From positions 384,001-448,000 of the forward strand of contig CAVSOU010000011.1 in NCBI GenBank assembly GCA_963729625.1: 64,000 bases of DNA, written 5' to 3'. Below are positions 1 through 11,159 of the stretch, one piece after another (position 1 is the stretch's first letter; every line of letters starts with the position of its first letter). Source of the stretch: an uncultured bacterium. GTDB lineage: Bacteria; Chloroflexota; UBA5177; JANWHV01. The notes under the pieces are model-generated. The model was not told the DNA's origin, made no database searches, and saw only the letters and a program-made list of their open reading frames with translations. The translations under genes and the position numbers were made by a program.

Positions 1-1
1 C

Positions 2-967
2 ATCATGCGCAATCACACTGCCACGCACATGCTGCATCGTCTGGCGCGCGAAGTGCTGGGAGAACACGCGGCTCAGGCTGGATCGCTGGTTGCGCCTGAC
101 AGGCTGCGCTTTGACTTTACGCACGGCCGGGCTGTCTCCGCGGACCAGCTGCGGCGGATCGAACAGGGTATCAACGACTGGATTCGCGCCGACACGCCCG
201 TCGGCTGGCGAGTAACTGGCTACCAGGAAGCGCTGGAAGACGGCGCGATGGCGCTCTTCGGCGAGAAGTACGGAGACAGCGTGCGCACGGTGACGACTGG
301 CTGCGGCGAGACTGCCCCGTACTGCTCGCGCGAGCTGTGCGGAGGAACCCATGTCGGGCGCACCGGCGAGATAGGGCTCTTTAGAATCGTACAGGAAAGC
401 AGCAGCGCGAGCGGGATACGGCGGATCGAGGCGTTGACCGGACGCGGGGCTGACGATTGGGCCACCGCGCAAGCAGCGAGCCTGCACGAGGTGGCAGCGC
501 GACTCGGCACGCCGGCGAACCAGGTCGTGGAGAGAGTTGACAACCTGCTTGCCGAGCTTAAGCAAGCGCAGCGTGCGTTAGAACAAACACGCGTGACCCT
601 CGGTAAGAACGCCCTCGAGTCGCTGCTGAGCCAAGTAGAACGCAGAAACGGCATTGCGTTCATCGCCGCCCGCGTGCAGGCGCCGGACACCAAGGTGCTG
701 GGCGAGATGGGCGACTGGCTGCGCGATAAGCTCGGGTCCGGCGTCGTGGTGCTCGGCACGGTGGTCGGCGACAAGCCGCAGCTGCTCGCCATGGTTACCA
801 GGGATCTGGTAGACAACGGTTATCACGCCGGAAAGCTGGTCAAGGCGCTCGCCGCCGTGGTCGGTGGTGGAGGCGGGGGCCGTCCCGACATGGCAACTGC
901 CGGCGGGCGTGACGCGGGCAAGCTGGACGACGCGCTGGCCCAGGTTGGCCGCCTGCTGGACGACTAG
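2..967 (+). CDS. alaS: Alanine--tRNA ligase, C-terminal part (5' end outside window)
   Basis: Editing-domain motifs NHTATH and ELCGGTH, then GIRRIEA and a C-terminal DHHA1 GGGGGGRPDMA; frame is open to the window edge. Confidence 0.97.
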   Translation: MMRNHTATHMLHRLAREVLGEHAAQAGSLVAPDRLRFDFTHGRAVSADQLRRIEQGINDWIRADTPVGWRVTGYQEALEDGAMALFGEKYGDSVRTVTTGCGETAPYCSRELCGGTHVGRTGEIGLFRIVQESSSASGIRRIEALTGRGADDWATAQAASLHEVAARLGTPANQVVERVDNLLAELKQAQRALEQTRVTLGKNALESLLSQVERRNGIAFIAARVQAPDTKVLGEMGDWLRDKLGSGVVVLGTVVGDKPQLLAMVTRDLVDNGYHAGKLVKALAAVVGGGGGGRPDMATAGGRDAGKLDDALAQVGRLLDD

Positions 968-990
968 AGATTCTCGCGGCAGGTCAATAA

Positions 991-2970
<1,980 letters not shown>

Positions 2971-2992
2971 GTGGACGACCCCCGATGCACAG

Positions 2993-3008
2993 TAGTACGT
3001 GTGTTCTA
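2993..3008. promoter_or_regulatory. Probable LexA (SOS) box upstream of uvrB
   Basis: TAGTACGTGTGTTCTA = TAGAAC-ACAC-GTACTA on the minus strand; matches the GAAC-N4-GTTC type box, 22 bp upstream of the uvrB start. Confidence 0.75.
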
Positions 3009-3106
3009 TCAACGTTGGCGTAGCACGTTGAACTGGAACGTTTGGGCTAGTTCATAGTGTACCGCACGGCTGGCCGCATTGCACGGACGGCCCCAAGAAC
3101 CCCACT

Positions 3107-3156
3107 TTGACAGCCCCGATCCACTCATGCTAGGATCTGCCCTGCACACGTGTTCA
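3107..3156 (+). promoter_or_regulatory. sigma70 promoter plus LacI-type operator for the iolE-like gene
   Basis: TTGACA (3107-3112), N18, TAGGAT (3131-3136) with extended-10 TG; operator TGCACACGTGTTCA at 3143-3156. Confidence 0.75.
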
Positions 3157-3200
3157 TGGCGTCGAAGCTTGCGCACGCAGCGCGGCAAGAAGGAAAATAT

Positions 3201-4097
3201 ATGTTTCGAGTGGCTAACGCACCGTGCTCCTGGGGTGTCATCGAGGGCATTGAAGGCGATCGCAATCAGTATCGACGGGTCCTGGATGAGATGCAGCAGA
3301 CCGGATTCAGTGGCACCGAGCTCGGCGATTGGGGCTTCATGCCGACCGACCCGGAGCGCCTGCGCGATGAGCTTCAGACACATGGTCTGGCCTTGATCGG
3401 CTCGTGGGTGAGCGTCTTCTTGCATGATGCCCTGCGACACGAGGAGAGCATCCGGGATGCCGTGCGTACCGCCCGGCAGCTGGCAACGGTGGGCGGCCCA
3501 GACTGCGTGATCGTTCTCGGCAACGATCCCTATGGGAACGCCGTGCGTACCAAGAATGCCGGACGCATCACGCCTGCCCTGTCGATGGACGATAGGACGT
3601 GGGAGCTGTTCGCGGGAGGCGCCTCTCGCCTGGCACGCAGTGTTCGCGACGAAACCGGCTTGCGCACAGTGTTCCACCATCACATAGGCACCTGGATCGA
3701 AACCGAGCAGGAGACGCGGCGCCTGCTGGATATGACCGATCCCGACCTGCTCGGGCTGTGCTTCGACACCGGCCATTGGCAGTTCGCCGGAGGCGATCCC
3801 GTGATGGCAATCCAGACGTATGCCGCACGAATCTGGCACGTTCATTTCAAGGACTGTGACCAGGATATCGCGGCACAATCGCATGCCGAGGAATGGGACG
3901 GCGTCACCTCCGTCGGTCACGGCGTGTTTTGCGAGCTCGGCAAAGGCGGCGTGCCTTTCCCAGCAGTGCGTGACTCACTGAAATCAGCCGGCTATCACGG
4001 ATGGATCGTGGTCGAGCAGGACATCCTTCCCGGCATGGGCACCCCCAAAGAGAGCGCTCAGCGCAACCGGGACTACCTGGCGTCTCTCGGTCTGTAG
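3201..4097 (+). CDS. iolE: Inosose dehydratase-like sugar-phosphate isomerase/epimerase TIM barrel (IolE/MocC family)
   Basis: [46 protein letters not shown] motifs; RBS AAGGA before ATG 3201. Confidence 0.8.
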   Translation: MFRVANAPCSWGVIEGIEGDRNQYRRVLDEMQQTGFSGTELGDWGFMPTDPERLRDELQTHGLALIGSWVSVFLHDALRHEESIRDAVRTARQLATVGGPDCVIVLGNDPYGNAVRTKNAGRITPALSMDDRTWELFAGGASRLARSVRDETGLRTVFHHHIGTWIETEQETRRLLDMTDPDLLGLCFDTGHWQFAGGDPVMAIQTYAARIWHVHFKDCDQDIAAQSHAEEWDGVTSVGHGVFCELGKGGVPFPAVRDSLKSAGYHGWIVVEQDILPGMGTPKESAQRNRDYLASLGL

Positions 4098-4187
4098 TCG
4101 GTGAGGCGCGTCGCGAGCACGTTGACCCCTGCTTGCGACGCGCCCATTCTCATTGGATGGCCGGCGTTGGCTGGAAACTGAAGGAAT

Positions 4188-5219
4188 TCAGTCGGTTGTA
4201 ACTTCTTCGATCCGAATCGCGCGGCGCTCCTGAAGCGCGCGTCCTGCCGCCACCGCGACGCGCAGCGCCACGTAGCCATCCTCCACGCCAACGCACGGCG
4301 TGCTCCCGGTACGAACGCAGTCGACAAAATGCACTATCTCCGCCCGGAATGCCTCGGCAAAGCGATCGATGAAGAAGGCAACCTGCGCCAGGGCCTCTTC
4401 GTCCGGGCCAAGCACGGTCAGGCCCGGTCCGCCGGAGCCTTCCACGAACAGCGTCCCATCGGAACCATGCACCTCTGCACGAATGTCATAGCCGTGCACA
4501 GCCCTGCGACAATTGTCGACCATGCCCAAAGCGCCGCTCGCGAACTTCAGTGTCGTAATGGCAGTATCAACGTCGCCGATCTCTTTGATAGCAGGGTCGA
4601 CGAGCACCGAGCCTGTGGCGTAGACTTCTACCACGTCGGACCCAATCAGCCAGCGCGCCATGTCGTACTCGTGAATCGCTTGATCCTTGAACTGGCCGCC
4701 GCTGGACTTAAGGTAGGGTATCGGTGCGATGCGCGGGTCCCGCCCGACCAACCGCACCATCCACGGCGTGCCGATGTCGCCGCGCTGGATTGCCGCGTGC
4801 GCCTGCGCGAAGCCGGGATCGAACCTTCGATTGAAGCCAAGCTGCAGCAGTACCTTGCTCGCTTTCACCGCCTCTATCGCGGATTGGGTGGCCTGCAGGC
4901 TCTGGGCGACCGGTTTCTCGCACAGCACGTGCTTGCCGTGCCGCGCCGCCTCGACCATGAGTGCGGCATGTGTGTCCGTCGACGTTGCAATGATGACCCC
5001 GTCAACCGCCGGATCGTCCAGGATGGCTTCGAATCGATCGGTCGCCCATCCCTGTTCCGCTGTGGCCACCGCTCGCTGGGCCGAGGCGAGGTCGATATCC
5101 GCAACGGCGATCAGCTTCGCGCCCGGAACGTGGCGAGCCACATTGAGCGAATGGAGTGTGCCGATTCGTCCCGCACCAACAACACCAATGCCAATTACAC
5201 CTTGTTTCACCCTGACCAT
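4188..5219 (-). CDS. iolG: Inositol 2-dehydrogenase (Gfo/Idh/MocA family)
   Basis: GAGRIG Rossmann motif, CEKP, GFNRRFDP, RDP, SGGQFKDQAIHEYD, GYDIRAEVHG. Confidence 0.88.
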   Translation of the reverse strand: MVRVKQGVIGIGVVGAGRIGTLHSLNVARHVPGAKLIAVADIDLASAQRAVATAEQGWATDRFEAILDDPAVDGVIIATSTDTHAALMVEAARHGKHVLCEKPVAQSLQATQSAIEAVKASKVLLQLGFNRRFDPGFAQAHAAIQRGDIGTPWMVRLVGRDPRIAPIPYLKSSGGQFKDQAIHEYDMARWLIGSDVVEVYATGSVLVDPAIKEIGDVDTAITTLKFASGALGMVDNCRRAVHGYDIRAEVHGSDGTLFVEGSGGPGLTVLGPDEEALAQVAFFIDRFAEAFRAEIVHFVDCVRTGSTPCVGVEDGYVALRVAVAAGRALQERRAIRIEEVTTD

Positions 5220-5333
5220 CTCCTATTCTGTCACACGAACCACGTCGTTCATCCTCGCCCCGCGCAGGTGACACGCGCAACGGCGCGGCCATACACACAG
5301 AACACCAGGTTGTTCCAGCCGCGTAGGGGCGGA

Positions 5334-5371
5334 TCGCACCAAGCCGTTACGACCGTAACGGCTTGGTGCGA
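5334..5371. terminator. Perfect inverted repeat between the transaldolase gene and iolG
   Basis: TCGCACCAAGCCGTTACG-AC-CGTAACGGCTTGGTGCGA, 18-bp arms, 19 bp past the transaldolase stop; no U-tract, so it may be a processing or stability hairpin. Confidence 0.6.
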
Positions 5372-5390
5372 GCGGCGACGGCCCGCAGCA

Positions 5391-6491
5391 TCATCTAAGG
5401 TCCGGGTTAGGTAGCATCACGTCCCGGATTAGCGCATCCAGATCGGAACAGGCGGCGATAAACTGGCGCAGCGTTCGCGCGGTAGAGCCAAACGCATCAA
5501 AGTCTTCTACGGCAATGCCGTCTTCACTGTAGGCGCGCCGGAAATCGGCGAACTTTCCGAGCAGCTCGCCAACGACCTTCTCGTCGACAGGCGTGCTGAT
5601 TCGCGGCACGACCTCGACGTCGCTCGCATTGAAGCGAACCTGCCAGGAGTAGGGCGGCGAGATGACGACGTCTCCGCCAATGAACTCGCTCCAGTGCATG
5701 TGATTGCGGAACGCCGCGGACAGAAGGCGGATCCGGTATCCCCGCTCCTGGAAGATGCGGTACGCCTTCTTAAAGACGGCGACACCTGCCCACTCCAGAT
5801 AGCCAGGGTCGATCGCGATGTCTTCCTTGTCGATCAGCACCTTCAGCCAGTCGTCCAAACGTCCCACCATGATGGTGCACACCGGACCCATGGAGGCAAT
5901 GCTCAGACCCTCGCGCTCGCGGCGCTTCAGGCCGCGTTCCACTGCCTCGGCTACGGCGATGGCCTGTGGCAGCGTGAAGCTCACCGTGGCGTTGATGCTG
6001 ACTCCGCGGTAGGTAGCCTCCTCAATCGCGGGAATACCCGCGCAGGTCACCGGTATCTTCACGATCATGTTGGGCGCAAGCTGGCTGAAATGCACGGCCT
6101 GTTCCACGATCGCTTGCGTGTTTCGATACATCCTGGGATCCGTCTGAATGGAAAGCCGGCCATTGCGCCCGCCCTGCGCGTCGAAAATAGGCTTGAGCAG
6201 CGCCGCCGCCTTGGTAGAGACCTCTTCAACGACCTTCCACGCGACTTGGTCCTCGGTTGCCGTCGGCATCTCGTCGACAAGGGTCTGAATCCGCGGTCGC
6301 CACAGCGACATCTCCTTCTTCAGGACACCGAGCACAATCACCGGATTGCAGGTTGCGCCCACCGCGCCATGATCGATTGAGTACGTCAGCTCATTGATGG
6401 CCGCTGAGTCATTCCACAGACAAGTCTGAGTCGTTTGCGTCATCTGATGCAACGGACTCTTGAACGTTGTGACCGTGCTGGTTTGAGCCAT
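5391..6491 (-). CDS. Transaldolase-family protein (atypical active site)
   Basis: WNDS, GATCNP, Schiff-base lysine in IVKIPVT, INATVSF, MVGRLDD, AAFRN; start at ATG 6491 behind AGGAG (the ORF-track extension to 7271 overlaps lacI). Confidence 0.9.
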   Translation of the reverse strand: MAQTSTVTTFKSPLHQMTQTTQTCLWNDSAAINELTYSIDHGAVGATCNPVIVLGVLKKEMSLWRPRIQTLVDEMPTATEDQVAWKVVEEVSTKAAALLKPIFDAQGGRNGRLSIQTDPRMYRNTQAIVEQAVHFSQLAPNMIVKIPVTCAGIPAIEEATYRGVSINATVSFTLPQAIAVAEAVERGLKRREREGLSIASMGPVCTIMVGRLDDWLKVLIDKEDIAIDPGYLEWAGVAVFKKAYRIFQERGYRIRLLSAAFRNHMHWSEFIGGDVVISPPYSWQVRFNASDVEVVPRISTPVDEKVVGELLGKFADFRRAYSEDGIAVEDFDAFGSTARTLRQFIAACSDLDALIRDVMLPNPDLR

Positions 6492-6570
6492 GTAATTCTC
6501 CTGCGCTGAGTATCCCCTTATGCCTCTGGCGAGCCGGGACCCGCGGCACCCTGACAAACGTGCCACGGCG

Positions 6571-6619
6571 TGCACACGTGTGCAAGCAGAGTATAGTCCC
6601 GGACCGGTCGAGGCGTCAA
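6571..6619 (-). promoter_or_regulatory. sigma70 promoter plus perfect palindromic operator for transaldolase-iolG
   Basis: Minus-strand TTGACG (6619-6614), N18, TATACT (6595-6590); palindrome TGCACACGTGTGCA at 6571-6584. Confidence 0.75.
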
Positions 6620-6819
6620 GCCCTGCGCTGGACATGGTCGGCCGTTCAAATCGTGTACCAGGCACGTGGCAACGGGCCTTGGATCGCCGGGGACCCGCGT
6701 GCGGGTGTCCTGCCTGCCGGTCCGGCACATCAAGCACGAGCCGCCTTTGTGACCGTAGCGTCTGGTTCCAGCGTGCCGGCAGACGCAACGCATGGGTGCA
6801 CCGCCTAGCAACGCGGCGG

Positions 6820-6868
6820 TTGACACGCCGGAGCATCAGTGCTAGAATCCCTGGTGCACACGTGTTCA
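6820..6868 (+). promoter_or_regulatory. sigma70 promoter plus operator for lacI-mmsA
   Basis: TTGACA (6820-6825), N17, TAGAAT (6843-6848) with extended TG; operator TGCACACGTGTTCA at 6855-6868, identical to the copy at 3143. Confidence 0.8.
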
Positions 6869-6929
6869 TCGGTCTATCCGATGGCCTGCGATGTACCCGG
6901 CCCGGCCCACCCGCGTGAAGGTGATCGTC

Positions 6930-8012
6930 ATGAGTTCGGTGAAGCGCGTCTCGATCAAAGACATCGCGCGGTTGGCAAACGTGTCGCACCCCACGGTCTC
7001 TCGCGCTCTCCATCATAGTCCGTTGGTCAATCCCGAGACCGCGTGCAGAATCAGACGCATCGCCGCCGAGTCCGGCTACCGGCCGAGCGCCGTGGCTCGC
7101 AGTCTGGTCACCAGCCGAACGCGCACGATCGGCGTTGTGGTCACCACCATCGCCGATCCGTTCATCGCGGAAGTCGTCGCAGGGATCGAGGACGAGGCCA
7201 ATGCGCACGAATACTCCGTGTTCCTTGCCAATTCGAACGCCGACCCCCAACGCGAGATCAAAGCAGTGCATTCGTTTGAAGAGCGGCGCGTCGACGGCAT
7301 CATTGTCACAGCCTCGCGGGTGGGCGCGCTCTACGCTGACGTGCTGTCACAAATGCGCGTGCCCGTCGTATTGCTCAACAATGAGCATCCCAGCGAATTT
7401 GGCTATTCGGTGAGGATTGCCGACTTCGAAGCCAGCCGCCAGGCGGTCGGCTACCTCCTGAGCCTGGGCCACCGCCAGATTGCCTACATCGGCGACCGCT
7501 ACGGGCGTAGCTCAGACACGGAGCGATTCAGTGGCTACCGTGCCACGCTCGACGAAGCGGACATCCCGTTCCAGCCCGACCTCGTCGTGCATGGGGACGG
7601 CCAGCCCGAGGGCGGCGCTCGGGCAATGGCGAGACTGCTCGATCTCCCAGGACTGCCGACCGCCGTGTTCTGCTACAACGATATGACCGCGATCGGCGCG
7701 CTGAAGACGCTCCGCGCTCATGGAATCCAGGTGCCGTGGGATGTCTCGATGATTGGCTTCGATGACCTCTTCCTCGCCCAGTATGCGGAACCCGCGCTGA
7801 CCACCATCCGCCAACCGAAACACGAAATGGGTCGCCTGGGGATGGATACGCTGCTGAAACTGCTGAGCGGCGGCGATCCCGAGCAGAACGTCAAAGTACC
7901 TGGCGAGCTGATCGTGCGCCAATCGACCGCGCCACGCAGGAGCCAATCAACCGCACCGCACAAGGAGGCGAGTATGTCATTGCGGGTCGCGCAGCATGTG
8001 ACAGAAGATTAA
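6930..8012 (+). CDS. LacI-family transcriptional regulator
   Basis: N-terminal HTH SIKDIARLANVSHPTVSRAL; sugar-binding domain with AVFCYND, IGFDD, LTTIRQP. Confidence 0.95.
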   Translation: MSSVKRVSIKDIARLANVSHPTVSRALHHSPLVNPETACRIRRIAAESGYRPSAVARSLVTSRTRTIGVVVTTIADPFIAEVVAGIEDEANAHEYSVFLANSNADPQREIKAVHSFEERRVDGIIVTASRVGALYADVLSQMRVPVVLLNNEHPSEFGYSVRIADFEASRQAVGYLLSLGHRQIAYIGDRYGRSSDTERFSGYRATLDEADIPFQPDLVVHGDGQPEGGARAMARLLDLPGLPTAVFCYNDMTAIGALKTLRAHGIQVPWDVSMIGFDDLFLAQYAEPALTTIRQPKHEMGRLGMDTLLKLLSGGDPEQNVKVPGELIVRQSTAPRRSQSTAPHKEASMSLRVAQHVTED

Positions 8013-8099
8013 ACGCTGTCACGGCGAGGAGACCGGTCAAGCCGGTAGAGGATAACGGTTTCGTTGGTAATGGTAGGAAGACGTAGGGGAAAACGGTAA

Positions 8100-9608
8100 A
8101 TGAAGCGACTTATGTACTGCGTGGACAACGAGTGGATCGTCTCCAAGACCGGCAAGTACATGCCGGTGATGAACCCGAGCACCGGCGAGCAGATCGCGGA
8201 GGCGCCATGCTGCACGCAGGAGGAAGTGAATTCGGCGGTGGCCGCGGCCGCCCGAGCATTTCCCGCGTGGTCGAACACGCCAATCCCGGACCGCATTCAG
8301 CTGATGTTCCGCTTCAAGCAGCTGCTTGACCAGCACCTTGATGAGTTGACCCTGCTTCTTGCGACCGAGATGGGAAAGGTACTCAGCGAAGCGCGTGGAG
8401 ACGTGCTGAAGGCTATCGAGGTGGTCGAGTGTGCCTGTTCGACGCACTACCTGATGCAAGGCGACACCTGCATGAACGTGTCCAACGGCTACGACACGGT
8501 GTCGTACCGCGAGCCGATTGGCGTGTTTGTCGGCATCGCTCCATACAACTTCCCGGCCATGATCCCGCTCGGCTGGATGATCCCCTTCGCCATAACGACC
8601 GGCAACACCGTGGTCATGAAAGCTGCCTCCATGGTGCCGCAGACGGCGATGCAGATGGTCGATCTGTTGATCGAGGCAGGCATGCCCAGAGGCGTCGTCA
8701 ATATCCTTACCTGCAGCCGCGTTGAGGCGGACAGCCTGCTGACGCATCCCGATGTCAGGGGCATTACCTTCGTCGGCTCGACCTCGGTCGGGCTCCATAT
8801 CTTCAAAACCGCGTCGGCCGCCGGCAAGCGCGTCCAGTGCCTGACGGAGGCCAAGAACCACGCGCTCGTGCTTGAGGATTGCGTGCTGGAGCGGACGGTC
8901 AGGGGCATCGTCAACTCGACGTACGGCTGCGCCGGTCAGCGCTGCATGGCACTTCCCGCGTTGTGCGTGCAGGAGTCCATCGCCGAAAGGTTGGTCGAGC
9001 TTCTGGTGCGGTACGCGCGCGAGCTCAAGATTGGCCCGGCGTATCTGCCCGAGTCGCAACTCGGCCCCGTCGTATCCACCGGGCAGAAGGAGTGGATCGA
9101 GAAGTGCATCACGCGCGGTGTTGACGAGGGAGCGAAGTTAGTGTTGGACGGCCGCAACGTTGTGGTGCCGGGTTACGAGAACGGCTACTACGTCGGCCCG
9201 ACCATCTTCGACTACGTGCAACCCGGTCATTTCGTCGGTGACGAGGAAGTCTTCGGCCCAGTCACCAGCGTGAAGCGGGTCAAGGACTTCGAGGAAGGCC
9301 TCGCAATCATGAACGCGAACCGCTTCGCGAATGGCTCGTCCATCTATACGAGCTCCGGACGCCATGCTCGGGAATTCGCCAAGCGGACGCACGGCGGCAT
9401 GGTCGGCGTCAATGTCGGCATTCCCGTGCCGTTCTCGATCTTCCCGTTCTCCGGACACAAGCAGTCATTCTTCGGCGACCTGCACACGCTCGGCAAGGAC
9501 GGTGTCGCGTTCTTCACCGAGACCAAATCCGTCACGTCGGTATGGTTCACCGAGGAGGATTCCCTGAAAACGGTCAGCACCTGGGATGGCACGCTGACCC
9601 GTAACTAG
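8100..9608 (+). CDS. mmsA: CoA-acylating (methyl)malonate-semialdehyde dehydrogenase, IolA/MmsA paralog 1
   Basis: PYNFPAMIP, FVGST, AKNH, catalytic GCAGQRCMA, EEVFGPV, GVNVGIPVP, FFGDLH. Confidence 0.9.
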   Translation: MKRLMYCVDNEWIVSKTGKYMPVMNPSTGEQIAEAPCCTQEEVNSAVAAAARAFPAWSNTPIPDRIQLMFRFKQLLDQHLDELTLLLATEMGKVLSEARGDVLKAIEVVECACSTHYLMQGDTCMNVSNGYDTVSYREPIGVFVGIAPYNFPAMIPLGWMIPFAITTGNTVVMKAASMVPQTAMQMVDLLIEAGMPRGVVNILTCSRVEADSLLTHPDVRGITFVGSTSVGLHIFKTASAAGKRVQCLTEAKNHALVLEDCVLERTVRGIVNSTYGCAGQRCMALPALCVQESIAERLVELLVRYARELKIGPAYLPESQLGPVVSTGQKEWIEKCITRGVDEGAKLVLDGRNVVVPGYENGYYVGPTIFDYVQPGHFVGDEEVFGPVTSVKRVKDFEEGLAIMNANRFANGSSIYTSSGRHAREFAKRTHGGMVGVNVGIPVPFSIFPFSGHKQSFFGDLHTLGKDGVAFFTETKSVTSVWFTEEDSLKTVSTWDGTLTRN

Positions 9609-9630
9609 CCGGGCAGTCGACACGTCGCGA

Positions 9631-9663
9631 GGCAGCCCCGCACGCGGTCTCGGCGGGGCTGCC
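9631..9663. terminator. GC-rich hairpin between the convergent dehydrogenase genes
   Basis: GGCAGCCCCGC (9631-9641) and GCGGGGCTGCC (9653-9663) form an 11-bp inverted repeat. Confidence 0.55.
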
Positions 9664-9689
9664 GGACTACTCGCCCGCGACCGCGGCTA

Positions 9690-11159
9690 TTAGAACTTCC
9701 TGGACCATGCCTTGGGCCATCGCTCTATCACGACCTTCTTGTCCGTGTAGAACTCGACAGCATCGCGGCCTTGGGCATGGAGCGCGCCAAAGAAGCTGCC
9801 TTTCCATCCGCTAAATGGAAAGTATGCCATCGGGGCAGCCACGCCGATATTTACTCCCACATTTCCGGTTGGGACCACATTGCGAAACTTTCGCGCCGCG
9901 GCTCCGCTCGTCGTAAAGATTGAGGCAGCATTTCCGTAGGGGCTTCTCGCGAGCACATCTATCGCCTCGTCTATGTCCCTGGCGTGAATAAGGCTCAGAA
10001 CTGGCCCGAAGATCTCCGTTTCCGTCAGCTCGCTGGACGGTGCGAGACCGTCGACGATCGTCGGACCGACGAAATAGCCCTGATCGTACCCTGCAACCCG
10101 CGTGTCCCGGCCGTCTACGACGGGAACGGCGCCCTCGTGCTCTGCCTGTGCGATCAGTGAGCGAATGCGCGCTCCGCTCGCGGCGGTGATTACCGGTCCC
10201 ATCTGAGTGCCGTTGTCGAGCCCAAAGCCAACCTTGAGTGATTCCGCGGCCTGGGCAATTGACCTGGTAAACCACGAGCGAGCGTCTCCGACGGTCACGG
10301 CGACCGACACGGCGAGACAGCGTTGACCGGCGCATCCGAACGCGCTGTCCGCAATGACTTGCTTGGTCGTCTCGGGATCAGCATCGGGTAGCACCACCAC
10401 GTGATTCTTGGCTCCGCCCTGGCACTGTACGCGCTTCCCATTGCCGGCGGCTCTCGCGTAGATATATCGCGCTACCGGCGACGATCCGACGAAACTCATT
10501 GCCTGCACGTCGGGGTGATCGAGCAGCGCGTCCACGGCCACCTTGCCGCCATTGACGAGGTTCACGATGCCCTTCGGCAGCCCCGTCTCCTCGATAAGCT
10601 CTACGATGCGCATCATCGTGAAAGGCACGCGATCGGATGGCTTGACGACAAGCGTGTTGCCACAGGCGATTGCGTAAGGAAGAAACCACAGTGGAATCAT
10701 GGCGGGGAAGTTGAAGGGCGTGATTTCCGCGACCACGCCCAGCGGCTGTCGGATCATCGTCTCGTCGATACCGCGTGCCACGTCCTCGAGGTTGTATCCC
10801 TGCATCAGCGTCGGAATGCCACACGCAACCTCGACATTCTCGATTCCCCGGCGAAGCTCGCCACGTGCCTCGGCAAGGGTCTTGCCGTTTTCTACCGTGA
10901 TACCTCGCGATATCTCGTCAAAATGCTCCTCGAGCAACTGCTTGAGGCGGAACAGGTATTGGATGCGCTCGGGCGCTGGCGTGAGGCGCCACTCCGGAAA
11001 TGCTCTCGCGGCCGCCGCGACTGCCGCGGCGACATCCTCAACACTGCCGACCGGCGAGCGTCCCAGTAGCTCGCCCGTCGCTGGATTACGCACTTCCACG
11101 CCGGCCTCGGATGACGGCGTGCGCCAGGCGCCATCGCTATAGTCGCGAACCTCGGTCAT
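9690..11159 (-). CDS. mmsA: CoA-acylating (methyl)malonate-semialdehyde dehydrogenase, paralog 2
   Basis: [47 protein letters not shown]; strong RBS AAAGGAGG. Confidence 0.92.
   Translation of the reverse strand: MTEVRDYSDGAWRTPSSEAGVEVRNPATGELLGRSPVGSVEDVAAAVAAAARAFPEWRLTPAPERIQYLFRLKQLLEEHFDEISRGITVENGKTLAEARGELRRGIENVEVACGIPTLMQGYNLEDVARGIDETMIRQPLGVVAEITPFNFPAMIPLWFLPYAIACGNTLVVKPSDRVPFTMMRIVELIEETGLPKGIVNLVNGGKVAVDALLDHPDVQAMSFVGSSPVARYIYARAAGNGKRVQCQGGAKNHVVVLPDADPETTKQVIADSAFGCAGQRCLAVSVAVTVGDARSWFTRSIAQAAESLKVGFGLDNGTQMGPVITAASGARIRSLIAQAEHEGAVPVVDGRDTRVAGYDQGYFVGPTIVDGLAPSSELTETEIFGPVLSLIHARDIDEAIDVLARSPYGNAASIFTTSGAAARKFRNVVPTGNVGVNIGVAAPMAYFPFSGWKGSFFGALHAQGRDAVEFYTDKKVVIERWPKAWSRKF

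Noticed and set aside
6492-7271. N-terminal 260-aa extension of the transaldolase ORF (626 aa in the track)
   Set aside because: It runs antisense through lacI and across two promoters; homology and the RBS begin at ATG 6491
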